DNA from: Takakia lepidozioides
Lineage: Eukaryota; Plantae; Bryophyta
DNA length: 64,000 nucleotides
NCBI GenBank assembly: GCA_030704615.1
Contig: CM060733.1
Span: 25,296,001-25,360,000 of the forward strand
Reading direction: 5' to 3'
Shown: positions 1 through 13,540 of the stretch, one piece after another
How positions within the stretch are numbered: position 1 is the stretch's first letter
How the letters are laid out: each line of letters starts with the position of its first letter
Notes under the pieces: model-generated
What the model was told of the DNA's origin: nothing
Databases searched by the model: none
The model's input: the letters and a program-made list of their open reading frames with translations, nothing else
Translations under genes and position numbers: made by a program

Positions 1-3000
1 AATGCAAGAAGTCTATTTTCACAAATCGACAAATCTAGTTTTGCATGCAGCAATGCAGACGGGTCTGGAAAAGAAAGCCACTCCCACTTTAGGAACACAA
101 AGCCTGGCAACATCAGGTAAGGCTGTTCTGGTTTACCCTCCAGCCAGCCGTAAGGAAGATATTTGAGCTCCAAAGTTCACGGTCTTCAGCAACTGGACAT
201 CTCTTCCATGTTTCAGCCATGGTAAACTCGGCAATTGTGGCAGTACGCGCTCCTGACTGGCAACTTCTTTTGGCGTAGGTACTGTCAAACCACAAGTACC
301 ACCTGAGCAGCATGATGAGGGTGTCATCTCCTTGAAATTTTTCAAATTAGTCTTTCTTAGTATGTTGGATTCCGAGATGGCAAAAGAGATATGTCAAAGA
401 GAAATGAAATGGTAGAGACAGAGGAAAGAGAAAAGGAAAAGAACTCTATAAGGTCCACAGGTGGTCCATAGGTAGGTAGAACAAACCACGAGAGAGAAAG
501 AAAGGAAAAGTGACAAACTTCTTACATCCCCAAGAGGCCCACAGGCTCTTTTGGTCATTATCTAACTTCGAGACCGTCTCGTACATCAATGAAATGGCCC
601 ATATGATGTCCGGAGGGACCCATATTGTTTGTAACTGTCAAGAAGAAGGGCTCCAGGGACTAAATTGAAAGCCATTCAGAAGGCCACATGCAGGCATACA
701 CCATTTTGAAAGATATTATAATGTCTGTGGGAGGCCCAAAAGACCTAAGGTCCACAAATACAGAGGGAGGGAGCTAGAAAGTACCTTTGCCACAAGCTAT
801 GAAAGCTTTCAAGAGAATAGATGTCCTTTCAGCATTCAAGCTGCTCAAGCAAAGGGAACGAACTGCCCTGTAGTTTGCTGCTCACAGCCACAGCACCCCG
901 GTTCAGCTCAACCACATGCAGACCACACTCACTATGATTGAAACCAATGTACAAAGTGCCAAGGGGCACGAGAAATGAGTAAAAGACATGAAATCTTGTA
1001 TTAGCACATTGCAAAATGCTAGGGTACTGAGAATGACTTATACTGTTGGCAATTTTGTGTGAGGGATAAAGGGACAAACAGGCTGGGGCTTGGGTGGAAT
1101 GAAAGCCTCACCATACATGTGAAACGCTGTGAGTAAGAGGAAGGTGACCCAGAGGGCTATGACATGGCCAGATGTCAAGCGTGCCACAACCATACCCAGC
1201 AACATTCCCACTAAAGTTGCAGCTGTCTCCTGGCTACCTTCCTGCAGATATTCAACCACACACCACAACTCCACTTTTAAAATCTTTTAGTGATCAATGA
1301 TAAGATTTGCCTGCAAGGAAGAGCCCTGACTAACAGTACCAAAGTAAGCCCTGGTTTCAATGCTCACAGATGCAGCAGATCTGAGTTGTAGTAAATAGAA
1401 ATGCTTATGATCCCCACACAGCAAAGTCTACATACTACCTTCTGCTAGATTCAATAGCAACACAGACACACTCAAACAGAACTACAGCACCCACAAGCCA
1501 TCGAGCAGGCACCTTGGCAGAGATGTCTGCAGCATTCTTGCACTGCGCAAAGTGCTGTGTAAGAACAGCCCTTGTTGCCCCACTAGCCACACCCGCTGCC
1601 ACATACAATGAACCAACAACTTAAGCTTCGAAGGAATGGGCATGGTGCAACCATATTCTTGATACTGAACCAGTGCTTAATGCTTGCTGCCGAACTGACC
1701 TCAATCTCTGTGTTGTAGAGGGAGAACTTAAGACCCTCCCTGTATGAATACTGCACTTTCTCCTACATCAAATATGCACCCAATGTTCAAACCTGCAACA
1801 TACAAGCTCCTCAATAACATGATCAAAACAAGCAGAAACAACTGAAACCCCATACTTGAAGTGATCGTACAAGAAGAGGGGGTTGCTTACTGACAGATCT
1901 GGCCAAGCTGCCGATGCAAAGAATTGTCACGAATGCACCAGGGAAGAGGGGCGAGATGAGGTCCATCAACATCCCTATCCAACACCAGCACTGTATGTCA
2001 GAGCCAATTAACCTCCAGGGTGGAGAGCACTGTCACTGAAAAGATCTTTCTCTTATAAGTTCGTCCTTTAGGGCTCCCTTCTCTAATCATACCCAAAATA
2101 TATGAACAACAATTTCAACTGCCCCTGAATTTTAAAACTCGGAAAGTCTACATACCCATGTCAGCAAAAACAGGGATTTTAGAAGGGTTTCAATCTAACA
2201 GAAAAAGGTAACAATTCAAATGTATCCAGGCTTATTGACCCTAAGCAAGAATGAGTCATTACTTGAACCCCACAAATAGAGGACTAAGGCTTCAAGTCAC
2301 TTTTGTGGCCCAGGGCAGGCAACTTCCACAAAACCCTTCGAGTGAGATAAACAAACTGTTACTTACCAAAGTCATTCATCAGATCTGCAGCAAGTCGCCA
2401 TTGCTTGGCACTGCTATCCAGGTTCGATCCCTACATGAACACTCAAATACCAAATTTCCAAGGATGGTCAAATCACCACCTCCATACAGTATACAAGCAT
2501 AGCTCTTTCCCCTGAGTATCTGAGGGAAACACCCCACTAGAGTGGGCAAGACATGGCCTGAGTTGACTGACAACATTGTGTACATACCTGTGTTGCATGA
2601 GACATATGTTGTAGGGAATGGGCCATATAAACTTACAAGAGAATAACCAAACTATAATCAAAAGCCATACTTGGTTAAGTGTGAAAAGTATGCTCCCCAA
2701 CATGCCTGTGAAGTCACGCAAGAACCACTGTCATAGCCACACACAAACAAGGGACGTTCCTGAGATACTATTCCCCAAAGGGAAGATGTGTAACTGACTC
2801 GCTTGAATCGCATTAAGAAATTCTACCAGAATGCCCAGATCACTGCACAAACACTCAAGCTGAACCTTAGACCTCCAACTACGGATAACAGTGGAGTTGC
2901 AAAGCAACAAAGAAACAAGTAAGTTTTTCCTTAATCCTCCTTCCTCTCCATATGTATGTGCACCACAGATTACAAAAGAGAAAGGAAAACCAAAATATAT

Positions 3001-5218
3001 TTCATAGCCTGCAAACGTAATTGTGCTTCTGTAACATGAACCCCAATTCCAATGTGTTTACCACGACCAACAGGCTGAGGTGGACAATGCAACAAGCAAG
3101 AAATTCAATGTGACAATCACCACAACTGAGACAGCTAGGTGAAGAAGACATAATACAGAAATGAAAAGAGAATCACTAAGTAGAGCAAGCAGACAGAATA
3201 AGCAAAACTGGCCAGACAATGCGCATAAAAGGCTAAGCTTCACAGTGGGAAGACCAGTAGCGTGCAGACTCTGTTGATACACAGAACCTACTCACTTGGA
3301 AAGTGGCACCAACTACAGTGGCTGTTGTTTCACCAACTCCTATGCCTCCTAACAAAGCCTGCACAATATCACTCCACATCTGTTACCCTTTCTCTCTCTA
3401 AACAAGTCCAAATTTCTGTGAGATACAGCAAGTTTAAGCTGTTTCTGGCACCTGGTCAAAGCCGCTTTCCCACACAAAAGGACGTGCCCATCCTCCTTCT
3501 CCAGCAACCAATATGAACCCTTCTCACCAGTACGAGGCTAATACAGACCTGGGGAAATCCCTCATTATGAAGTCTCTAGCTCCAATGGTGCCTACATGCA
3601 CGTACTTGTTTCCCATGCATAAACATCCAAGCAATTGCTCCCATTTCATTTAAAAATTTCTGAAAATGTCCTTTCATCTGCTATTTTGCAGCTTGCGTAC
3701 CCAAGTAGATCCCCGCAACTATGACCTGGTGACACCGACAAATTGGACTATTATCAAATGTACGTCCCCATGTCCTCTACTCATGTGCAACTCTGAAGAT
3801 TTTGAGACCATAAAGCGGCATGATGTGGCACATTACTTGGGTGGACAGCATGCTCCGGATGTAAGTTGAGAGACCCTGATAAACAAATGGGGAACAAATC
3901 AGAACAGAGATTTCCAATGGTGCCTTGCATCCCAATTACCTATCCCAATGGCAACTGTTAGCAACACTTATATCATTCGCAAATTTTAGCCGACTATCAT
4001 AGTACAGTTCCATGAAAGACTAACTACAGGATGCTCATCTCTTTGAGTGCAGGCTCCACGCAAAGCCAGAAGATGTGAGAGAGAAAACGCTGGCCCTCCA
4101 ATTGACCATTAGCACGACAGCCAGTGGAACATGAAGATACAATGCAGGGAGTATGCAGGCATGACAAACTGAGAGGTTCATCCCACTCATCTTCCCTGTC
4201 CCTCTGCATTTTCTAGGCAATCCCTCATCTCCAACCTACATCCTACCCTTGTGATCTTATTATAGTCAATCTGCGGTTCACCTGAGATCTATTACCTGCA
4301 TTCTCAATATGAAATCTAAGTTCAGTTTGTCCATGCTGCGCAAGAAAATGGTTACTAAAGCTTCGCAGTAAGTTTTGAGCTAACTCTTGATTAGCAGCTA
4401 AGTTGAGAGAGGAGGGGAAAAAACCATCACAAGAATTGCTCTGGGTTGGCCTCCAATGAGAGGCAATTCAAGGATTGACCCCACTTCCGCAGAGGTCGGA
4501 GTGAAGAATAACACTATTTTCAGGTCATATGGACAACAACCTCCTACCAAGACTCCAAATATAGAACAAGAGGGTGCAGATAGGTACTTGCAAAGTGTCC
4601 CATGTTTGAAAAGGCAGGTAGTCGGGTGTCACACTGTTAGGATACCCCTGCAATCAGACAGAAACGCGTTAAGGGAAGCTGGTATGTTGCGGTTTGCTTC
4701 GCGTACTAACGCACCAATGCCATCACACGGCATTGAATTGCACTCTGCGCAGTTCACCAGGCAAATGGCTCCAGTACAATTCACTGCTTCTCTCTCACGC
4801 CCTCAGCAGCCTGCATGTGGTGAAAATTCCCATGAACTGAACGAATCCCTCTTCCTACACACTACTGAAGCACGAGTACTTGCCTCAGGTAAAAATGCAG
4901 ACACGAAATTGTTCCAAATGGCACGCGAGCGGCGGTCCTCCCTGCACCCAACCCACTTCACTTGTCTGCCATGTCCTCGTGTAACCAATTTGGGTCCATA
5001 ACAATGCCATGCAAAACCAGCATTGGCACATCTATTCTCTTTCTTTGCTTGTCAGGATTCCATTGCACATGACCAGGAAGCAAACAGGAAAAAAAACACA
5101 GATCGCCCAATACCGACCTGAGGAGATGGAAACCGGATCCATGAGTGACGAGCGCCGCTGTGCGTACAGGAAGAGCACGAACAGTGCTGAATTCCTGGAA
5201 GAGAGGTTCGTCCGCCAT
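1..5218 (-). CDS. RUS3: ROOT UVB SENSITIVE 3-like protein (DUF647); multi-exon, 3' end beyond the left window edge
   Basis: Spliced exons give MADEPLF...(from 5218), AFLPE (4941-4884), GYPNSVTPDYLPFQTWDTLQ (4647-4588), GLSTYIRSMLSTQ (~3876-3837), ALLGGIGVGETTATVVGATFQ (~3358-3296), WFLRDFTGMLGSILFTLNQ, GSNLDSSAKQWRLAADLMND, GMLMDLISPLFP, GVASGATRAVLTQHFA, EGSQETAATLVGM, ANYRAVRSLCLSSLN and VPTPKEVASQE. These motifs match the RUS3/DUF647 family as I recall it. Confidence 0.92.
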
Positions 5219-5530
5219 GGCTGCTGCCTAGACTTTTTCACAGACAATCCTTTACCCATCCCAGTCCCGAGAATCTAATAATATATTCTCGCATCAGTCA
5301 TTCGTCCGTTCACATCCTGTACCCAGCATCCGGCAGACTAGAATATACTAACGTATTTCGGTCTCGTTGATTCATCCGTTCATATCCTCCTCCTCGACAA
5401 GCTCAGCTGTCTGCTGTGATCGGCTCGGTGAGAGACTAGCCTACAAGCCTGCACAGAACCTCGAAAGGGTTTTCGGGAGGTGGGTCGGGGAGAGGAGGGG
5501 AAGAGAGGAAGGGGGAGAAGGCCGAGCGCA
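5219..5530. promoter_or_regulatory. Probable bidirectional promoter between RUS3 and the small Lys-rich gene
   Basis: Only about 310 bp separate two divergent ATGs (5218 on minus, 5531 on plus). Confidence 0.6.
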
Positions 5531-6380
5531 ATGTCCAAGAAAAACAAGTTGAGCACGCGCGTCAAGCAGCACATCTTCGATCTCAAGCGTGAGAGATTTT
5601 GGGCCTTATTGTCGTCTCCAGGATTCATGGCTCTCTCTAGATTTCTGCTCCACCTGTTTGGATTCTAGCTGCTTTAGTGCGTTTTGTTACCGTTAGCTGT
5701 TTGGTGATCGTTGCTGCATCCGACTAGGGTTAGGTCATGGTGAATTTGATTTGGCGGAGGCCAACGTGCGGATTCTTTCCTGCTAGACTGAGGTGATGAC
5801 CTGCATGAGATATTTTTGTCTGGGCCATAAGACTGTCAAGGTTTGTAAGGGAATGAATGGTAATCAGAGTCCGTTTCCTGGGTCATGTAGTCAATGTGTA
5901 ATGGAGAACTTGTTTAATGGATTCTGTCACATCAGGAGAGAAAGAGGAGCAAGAGACAAGAGCGAAGAAAGCGAAGAAGCAGAAGGCACGAGGAGAGAGT
6001 ATGAAGGTGGGTCGCTTTCTCCTTGTGTTTTTCAATTAGTTTTTATGAACTGTGCAAATAGGCTCTGTCCAGTCATCTATTGTCAGGAGATTCTCAAGCC
6101 TACTCTTGCTATGTAGTTGATTTGTTTTGTTATGGCTGTGTGATCATTTTTGGAACTCCCCTGTATATTTGTCCTTGTTTGATGTGGAGAGATGAGGAGA
6201 ACACTTTGCAGGCACCTGAAGCCTGGTACAATTTTTTGTCATATGGGTGTGTTGCAGGTTGATTCTGGAAAGCAGATCAAGAAGAGGACATTTAAAGTAG
6301 GGAAGAAAAGGAAGTTCCAGGTGAAGCTTTCTGCTAGTAAGAAGGCTAAGGCCTCTCAAGCCATGGAAATTGATTCCTGA
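5531..6380 (+). CDS. Small Lys-rich uncharacterised protein, 83 aa, 3 exons (5531-5588, 5936-6006, 6258-6380)
   Basis: GT-AG introns in consistent phase give MSKKNKLSTRVKQHIFDLKREKEEQETRAKKAKKQKARGESMKVDSGKQIKKRTFKVGKKRKFQVKLSASKKAKASQAMEIDS*. It resembles a conserved plant family of about 80 aa (from memory). Confidence 0.85.
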
Positions 6381-9179
6381 ACTCATGTTTTGCCGAAACC
6401 GTTACCCAGTTTCAGACAGACTTTTGTGGTTAATGATGCCCTTCATGTTGGAAGCTTGACAAATGAAGTCAAATGTGCGCACATGAAGCTGTGTAATTTG
6501 GCTGCCACACCACTTGATGCGAGAGTGTTCCCAGGTGGTCGGTGCTGGCTGACTTGAACAGCGCCATTACAAGTTCTATGGTGCAGGGTCACTGGTTTGT
6601 GGAAGAGCTGGAAGTGTAGAAATACAAAGGAATTTGAAACTAGTTGCAACTGCACGCACCAAAAAGTGAACCATTATGTGTTCAGAATGACCAACAGCTG
6701 CTGGCTGGTTGGTAATGTCTGGGCAACAGGTCATGTTACACCAGGGAGCTGAGCCTCATCCCTTTCTCTGGGCACACCTCTTTGTTTGTGATACTTTGAT
6801 AGGGCACTTCTACATTAAGCTTGAAAAGCTTTCCAAGTCTTAATCTGGATCAAAAGTAAAAATCCTGTACAAAGAACCAGGTGATTCTACGAGAGCTGGG
6901 AACCGAGAAAGTTTGTTCTTCGAGGGATGACAGCATGAGTTCCAGCATCCTAGTTGTTGAAGAAAAGGAATGAACCTTGTTTCTCAATCTGTTTCAAATC
7001 ATTGTCATGTTTTTTGTGCTACAAACAAGAATATCTCAAAATTGGCATTGAACCCCTGAAGGTGTTGATTGAACATAAAGGGCTTGGGACGCAGTTTCTC
7101 TGCTCACAGTGAGGGTGCTCAGTAGGAGACTCAGTGAAGGCGCGTTGGCTTATGGGAATTTAGTTCATAATTTAGATGGCGGCTGCAAGGTGGGGTGCTG
7201 AGCCATAGGTTGAAGGCGCTCAGGCTAGGATGAAGGGAGATGAACTTCCAAGGTGAGGTTTCACGAAGGATGGGTCCTGGAGTGGGATTTGGTTCCTTGT
7301 TCCGGTATTGGTGAAAACGATAGGCTTCGCAGAAACACACGATAGATAAGAAGTGTAGGTGAGGGACGAGAGAGATCATGTGTCCCTGAAAAAGACGGAA
7401 GGAAGCATACTTCAAAAATGCAGCAGCAAATATATGCTATGCGTGATCCTTGAAGCTGGGCGATCGTTTGCCATGCATAGAGGAGCTGCTGTTGCAATCG
7501 TGTCTTGCATCGGGGTTGCAACTAAGTAAAAGAACTTCTGCAGAATAAAGCGAGATTCCAACTTCATTCAGCAGCTAAGGGTACAATCCAGTCCACACAA
7601 TACGATCATACCAGAGTTACGTCGAACACCCTCAGACTCCGTCAATCCTACATGAAGAGAGCTCATCTTCAACACTGCAGTCCCACCATTGTGAAGGATA
7701 TTTAAGGAACTCCTGCCAGCGCTGGCCCATGCTTCGGCGTTGACCTTCGTGCCAGATATACCAAACATCAGCCTTATCTAACAATCCCGTGTGCTTTTTG
7801 CCCAGCACAAGAAATTGCTCGAAAGACGATTCCAAGACTGGATTCTATGCAACCCCAAGAAAGGAAGCCGATGGGTGTTTCGTATTGTCACCTAATCTGA
7901 ATGGCATCCCTGAAGGTTGCCGAGGCGCCATAACAAAGGAGATGAAAGGGATTCTGTCCTACACGCATTGCGAATGGGAATGCCACTTTCAGCTCCACAG
8001 CCCAGCCCCTCAATCCGCTGCATGATACGAGGCCACCTGCACGACCGAAGCGAGTGGGTAGGGCCTTGGGAATGGAGTCGGCATGCGCCATCCCCGCCGG
8101 TAACTGAGAAAGAGGCAGATGGTGGAGCTCCTTCTAAGCTTCTTCCAGAGGAAAGTGAGTAGGACCTGATTAGAGGGGCACTCTTGTCATGCGCAAATCT
8201 GTGTAAATTCGGTATGTTCCTCATTTTGTAGAGTCCAATGGAGGTCACAGCGACTTGCATGAATGTTGTTGAAACCTACACTAGCACTCCTCCGTAAAGG
8301 AACCTGTCAAAGTGTTTTGATTCTGTCAGAGTTTTGGTCACAAAGGTCTACCTTGGAGCATGGAGCAGCGTGGGCGTTTTTTAAAGATCCTTCGCAATGG
8401 CGGGACAACCGCAATGGCAAGGTGTGGCTTTCTTAATATGAAGAAGTATGCCCGTTCTGCAAAACTGGGCTCTTTGTCAGTATTGTGGGTTTTTTTTTTT
8501 TTTTTTTTTGGTGTTTACAAGGTACTCAGGAGGCTCAGCTTGGTCTTAGGAAGCTGTGTTTTGAATCTGTACAGCTGCACCGTAGTGGTTCTCACAGACC
8601 AATCCGAGATCACCCGACTACAGGCACAAGCAGCGAAAACGAGAGGTCCTTTGGATTGACGGTTGGTTGAATCCTCCTTGGGTGGAAAAAAAACTAGCTG
8701 CTTTCATGACACAAGGTCAAGGCCAATGTGGTGAGGGCACCTTCTTCTGCACATTTCAACCTCTTCTGTCTTCTTATCAGAGTCGCCCCTAATTTTTCAG
8801 GTTGAGTTCTGCAAGTTAGCATGTTGGGGGATCTGCAGTGTTTTTGAGTGATTTTGACATGTTACTGCAAATGTCCCAATACGTGGTTGTCAAAAAACAG
8901 AAAACTTTGGAAGGAAATTTTTTGGGACCCCAGTCAGTGGCAGGACAATGAAGGCAAAAAGGTGAGTCTGTTGAATTTATAGAGGGAAGCAGACAAAAAG
9001 ATGCATCGCACATCTTTCTCGGAATTGGTCATCCTCTCTCTCTCCCTTAGCATGTCTTTGTCAGCTGCTAGCGAGGATCTATGCATTATTGGTGCTGAGG
9101 CAGGGATAGCTGAAGGAGCAGGGATGGAGTGTGGGTCCAGATTCATCCAAGGGGGCTGGATCTCAAGCACAAGATTACC

Positions 9180-11481
9180 ATGAATCCCTGTCGATTGAGA
9201 GTTACAAGAGAATCCATAATACCTCTTCTGGCTCTTCTGGGCATGTGAGCATTGCTCACATTATCCAAAGTAGATTCAAGCCAAACGTTTTTCTGCACAA
9301 CACCCTTGTAAACATGTATGTTAAATGTGGGAGCATTGTGGATGCAAACCAAGTGCTCAACAAAATGCCTAAACGCGTTTTGATCACGTGGAATATAATG
9401 GTGGGAGAATTTACCAAGCATGGGTGGGGTAAAATGCCTTGGAGACATATGAGCAAATGATGTGGGAAGGTGTGAAGCCCGACCGGATCATGTTTGCTTG
9501 CGTTTGCAATGCGTGTGCGAGCCTGGCAGACCTCGAAAAGGGCAAAGAGGTCCATGGTGACATTGTCAAAGCTGGAATTGTACCAGATGTTATTCTGAAC
9601 ACTGCCCTGATGAAAATGTATGTCAAATGTGGGCACATTGAGGATGCGAAGGGAATGTTCAACAACATGGCCGAACGAGATGTGGTGTCATGGACCGCAA
9701 CGATCGCCGGATATGCCCAGCATGGCTGCGGGATGGAGGCTTTGGAGACCTATAAGCAAATGAAGTGGCAAGGGGTGAAGCCGGACCAGGTCAGTTCATT
9801 GGCGTTTGCAATGCTTGTTCGAGCCTGCCAGCCCTGGAAGAAGGCAAAGAGGTCCATGGTGACATCATCAAAGCTGGAATTGTGCCAGATGTCATTCGAA
9901 CAATGCCCTCCTGGACATGTATGCCAAGGCGGGAGCATCGGAGATGCAAAGGGAGTGTTCGACAACGTGGCTGAACGGAATGTGGTGTCTTGGAATGCGA
10001 TGATTGCAGGATATGTCCAGCATGGGTGCGGGATGGAGGCCTTGGAGACCTATGAACAAAGGGGAAGGAGTGAAGCCGGACCGCGTCACGTTCGTTTGCT
10101 TTGCAATGCTTGTACAAGCCTGGCAGCCCTGAGAAAGGGCAAAGAGGTCCATTGTGACATCATCAAAGCTGGAATTGTACCACATGTCATTCTGAACAAT
10201 ACCCTGGTGGACATGTATGCCAAATGTGGGTGCATCGAGGATGCAAAGGGAGTGTTCAACAATATGGCCGAACGAGATGTGGTGTCCTGGAATGCAATGA
10301 TGGCAGGATTTGCACAGGATGGCTGTGGGGTGGAGGCTTTGGAGACCTATGAACAACTGATGTGGGAAGGCGTGAAGCCGGACCGTGTCACGTATGTTTG
10401 TGTTTGCAATGTTTGTGCGAGGCGGCCCTGGAAAAGGTCAAGGAGTTTCATGGCAATATCATCAAAGCGGCATTTGCACCAGATGTCATTCTCAACACTG
10501 CCCTCGTGGACATGTATGCCAAATGCGGGAGCATCAAGAATGCAAAGGGAGTGTTCAGCAACATGGCAGAACGAAATGTGGTGTCATGGACTGCGATGAT
10601 TGCAGGAGCATGGTTGTGATATGGAAGCCCTGCAACTATTGGACGAAATACAAGCGGAAGGCTGGAAGCTGGACAGCATCACTTTTATATGTGTTCTCTC
10701 TGCATGTAGCCATGCTGGCCTAGTGGATGAAGGTAGATACTACTTTAACTCTCTGCGTCAAGATCATGGCATCACTCCAGCAGTGGAGCACTTTGGCTGC
10801 ACGGTGGACCTTCTTGGCCGCGCAGGGCGACTGGATGAGGCAGAGGACCCTAAAATGCCAATCAAACCAAATCCTGAGGTGTGGAGGGCCTTGCTTGGCG
10901 CCTGCAGCATTCATTGCAGTGTGGAGATGGCTGAACGCACGGCAACATCTATTCTCAAGTGCGATGAACAAGATGCTGCAACCTATGTGCTGCTATCAAA
11001 TATCTATGCCGCAGCTGGCAGGTGGGACAAAACTGTAAAGGTGAGAAAAATGATAAAGGTCAGAGGGGTTAGAAAGGAGCCAGGTCACTGCTGCATTGAG
11101 GTTGGCAACAGCGTGCACACCGTTGTTGTAGATGACAAACTGTATCCCAAAATCGAGGAAATCCATGCTGAGCTGAGAAGTTTGTCTTGGCAGATGAAGG
11201 AGGCAGGGTATGTGCCTGAGGCGCGCTTTGTATTGCATGATGTGGGGGAGGAGCAAAAGGAACTTTCTCTCTGCCACCATAGTCAGAAGCTGACCATTGC
11301 TTTTGGGCTTATCACCCCGGCCCCTGGAATGCCTCTCCGTCTCATCAAGAGTCTTCGGGTGTGTGGTGACTGCCACACCGCCACCAAGTTCATCTCAAAG
11401 ATTGTCGGCCGAGCAATTGTTGTACAGGACGCCAACCGCTTTCACCACTTTGAAGATGGGGCATGTGGGGATTACTGGTGA
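9180..11481 (+). pseudogene. PLS-class PPR protein with E/DYW domain (organellar RNA-editing factor type), disrupted
   Basis: Repeated PPR motifs (NTLVDMYAKCG, AKGVFNNMAERDVVSWNAM, GVKPD) lie in alternating frames with about 6 frameshifts. The C-terminus has a PG box, HSQK (instead of HSEK), LRVCGDCH and ends in DYW. The start is uncertain. Confidence 0.88.
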
Positions 11482-11619
11482 AACGATGTTTTCCTGGAAA
11501 AGTGTGAGCGTCTTGCTTCATTCATTGGTCTGCATAGCTACTTTGGCAAGAATTGTCCACGGTTATGTCTCGCATGAGTGCGAGAATCTTAGCTAATCTT
11601 TGTGCGTGGTGGGCTCGTG

Positions 11620-13540
11620 GCGTCCCTTGTGTAGATCACCCCATGTACTCTACTCCTGCGCAACTCGGAAGATTTTGAGACCATAAAACGGCGTGATGGC
11701 GCCTTACTTGGGTGAACAGCATGCTTCGGATGTATGTTGAGAGATCCTGATAAACAAAGTGGGAAAGAATGTACTCATAAGACGATGTTTGCCACGGTAG
11801 CCTTAGGGCCATAGACCCTGAACCCAGTTTGGGCGGAACAAAAGACCAAAAACTATCTTTGAAAGGGGCTCGATCTGGTAGTGACTTACCTGAACAAATG
11901 AGGGAAGAATAATGGACAGACATTCCCAATGGTGCCTTACGCCCCAAACTGCAACACTTGTTTTGGCCGATGGTTGTAGAACAGTTACATGAATGACTAA
12001 CTACAGGATTCTCATCTCTTCGAGTGCAGGCACCACGCAAAGCCCAGAAGATGTGAGAATAAAAGTTGGGCCCCCGCAACTGGTTGGCAGCAAACATGAC
12101 AGCCAGTGGAACATGAAGGTACAGAGCAGGGAGCATGCTGCAGGCATTGACAAACTGAGGCTCTCATCCTGGATTCATCTTCCCTGCCCCTCTGCATTTT
12201 CTAGGCAGTCTCTCATCTCCAACCTCCATCCTACCCTTGTAATCTTATTGTGGTCAATCTGCGGTTCACCTGAGATCTATCACCTGCGTTCTGAGTACGC
12301 AATCCAAGGTCATTTGAATCTGTTCATGCTGCGCAAAACAATGGCATTGTTAAAAGCTGGCAGTAATTTTCGTTAGAAGCTACGTTGAGAAAAATTGAAG
12401 CCAATAGTAGCAAGAGAGGAGGGACTCACAAAAATACCTCTTGTTTGGCCTCCAATGATAGGGGGTTCAAGGATGTGACCACTTCCGCAGAGGTCCGAGT
12501 GAGGAGAAACACTATTTCAGGTCATATGGCCAACAACGTGCTCCCAAGGACTCCAAACACTGAATAAGCGGGTGGAGATAGGTACTAGCAGTTCACCAGG
12601 CAAATGGCTGAAATGCTCCCCTCACACTCCTTGGCAGCCTGAATGTGGCAAAAATTCCCTTGGGCAACCACTGAACGTATCCCTGTTCTTACATGCAAGA
12701 ACAAGTGATTGCCTCAAGTGAAAATGCTCTGTCCAGTCATCTTTTGTCAGGAGGTTTTTAAGTGGAGAGACAACGACACATTTTGCAGGCACATGAAGCA
12801 TGGTTCAAATTTTGTTGTATGCAGGTTTGATTTTGGAAAGCAGAAGAAGAGGACATTTAAAGTAGGGAAAAGAAGGAAGGTCCAGGTGAAGCTTTCTGCT
12901 AGTAAGAAGGCTAAGGCCCTCTCAAGCCATGGAAATTGATTCCTGAACTCAAGTGTTGCAGAAACCCTTATTTTAGTCCAGTTCAGACAAAGACGTGTGG
13001 TTATGGTCCATCTGGAATGATACTTTTCATGTTGAAAGCTTGACAAATGAACTCAAATGTGCACACGTGACAGTGTGTAATTGGCTGCTTCACCACATCA
13101 GGATAGTAATGTTGTCTGTTCATCACTTGATGATCCCAGGTGGTTGGTGCCAGCTTACTTGAACAACGCCATTAGAAGGTCCATGGTGCAGGTTCACTGG
13201 ATTTTGAAAAGCTGGAAGTGTAGAAATACAAGGAATTTGAAACAAGCTGCAACTGCATTCTTAGTAGTCATCATGTGTTCAGAATGACCAAAAACTCCCA
13301 GGTGGCAGGTTCGTAATGTCTGGGCAGCTTACAGGTCATGTTACCCCAGGGAGCTGAGCCTGATCCCTTTATCTGGGACATCTATTCTGTGTGTGATACT
13401 TTGATAGGGCTCTTTCACATTAACCTTGAAATTCTTTCCAAGTAGTACTCTGGATCAAAAGTAAAAGTCCTACAAAGACCAGTTGAGCTGAGAAACATTG
13501 TTCTGTCAGGGGTAATAGCATTAGTTCCAGCAGCATCCTC
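11620..13540. pseudogene. Partial genomic duplicate (copy 2) of RUS3 introns/exons joined to the 3' part of the small Lys-rich gene
   Basis: Aligns by eye to ~3700-4900 and then ~6060-6960, including DLSTYIRSMLFTQ and KKRTFKVGKRRKVQVKLSASKKAK. Confidence 0.85.

Noticed and set aside
4456-5001. 181-aa plus-strand ORF
   Set aside because: Antisense to RUS3 exons/introns and not preserved as an ORF in the duplicate copies.
7100-9100. Several overlapping 60-120 aa ORFs upstream of the PPR gene
   Set aside because: No recognisable motifs and no consistent splice model.
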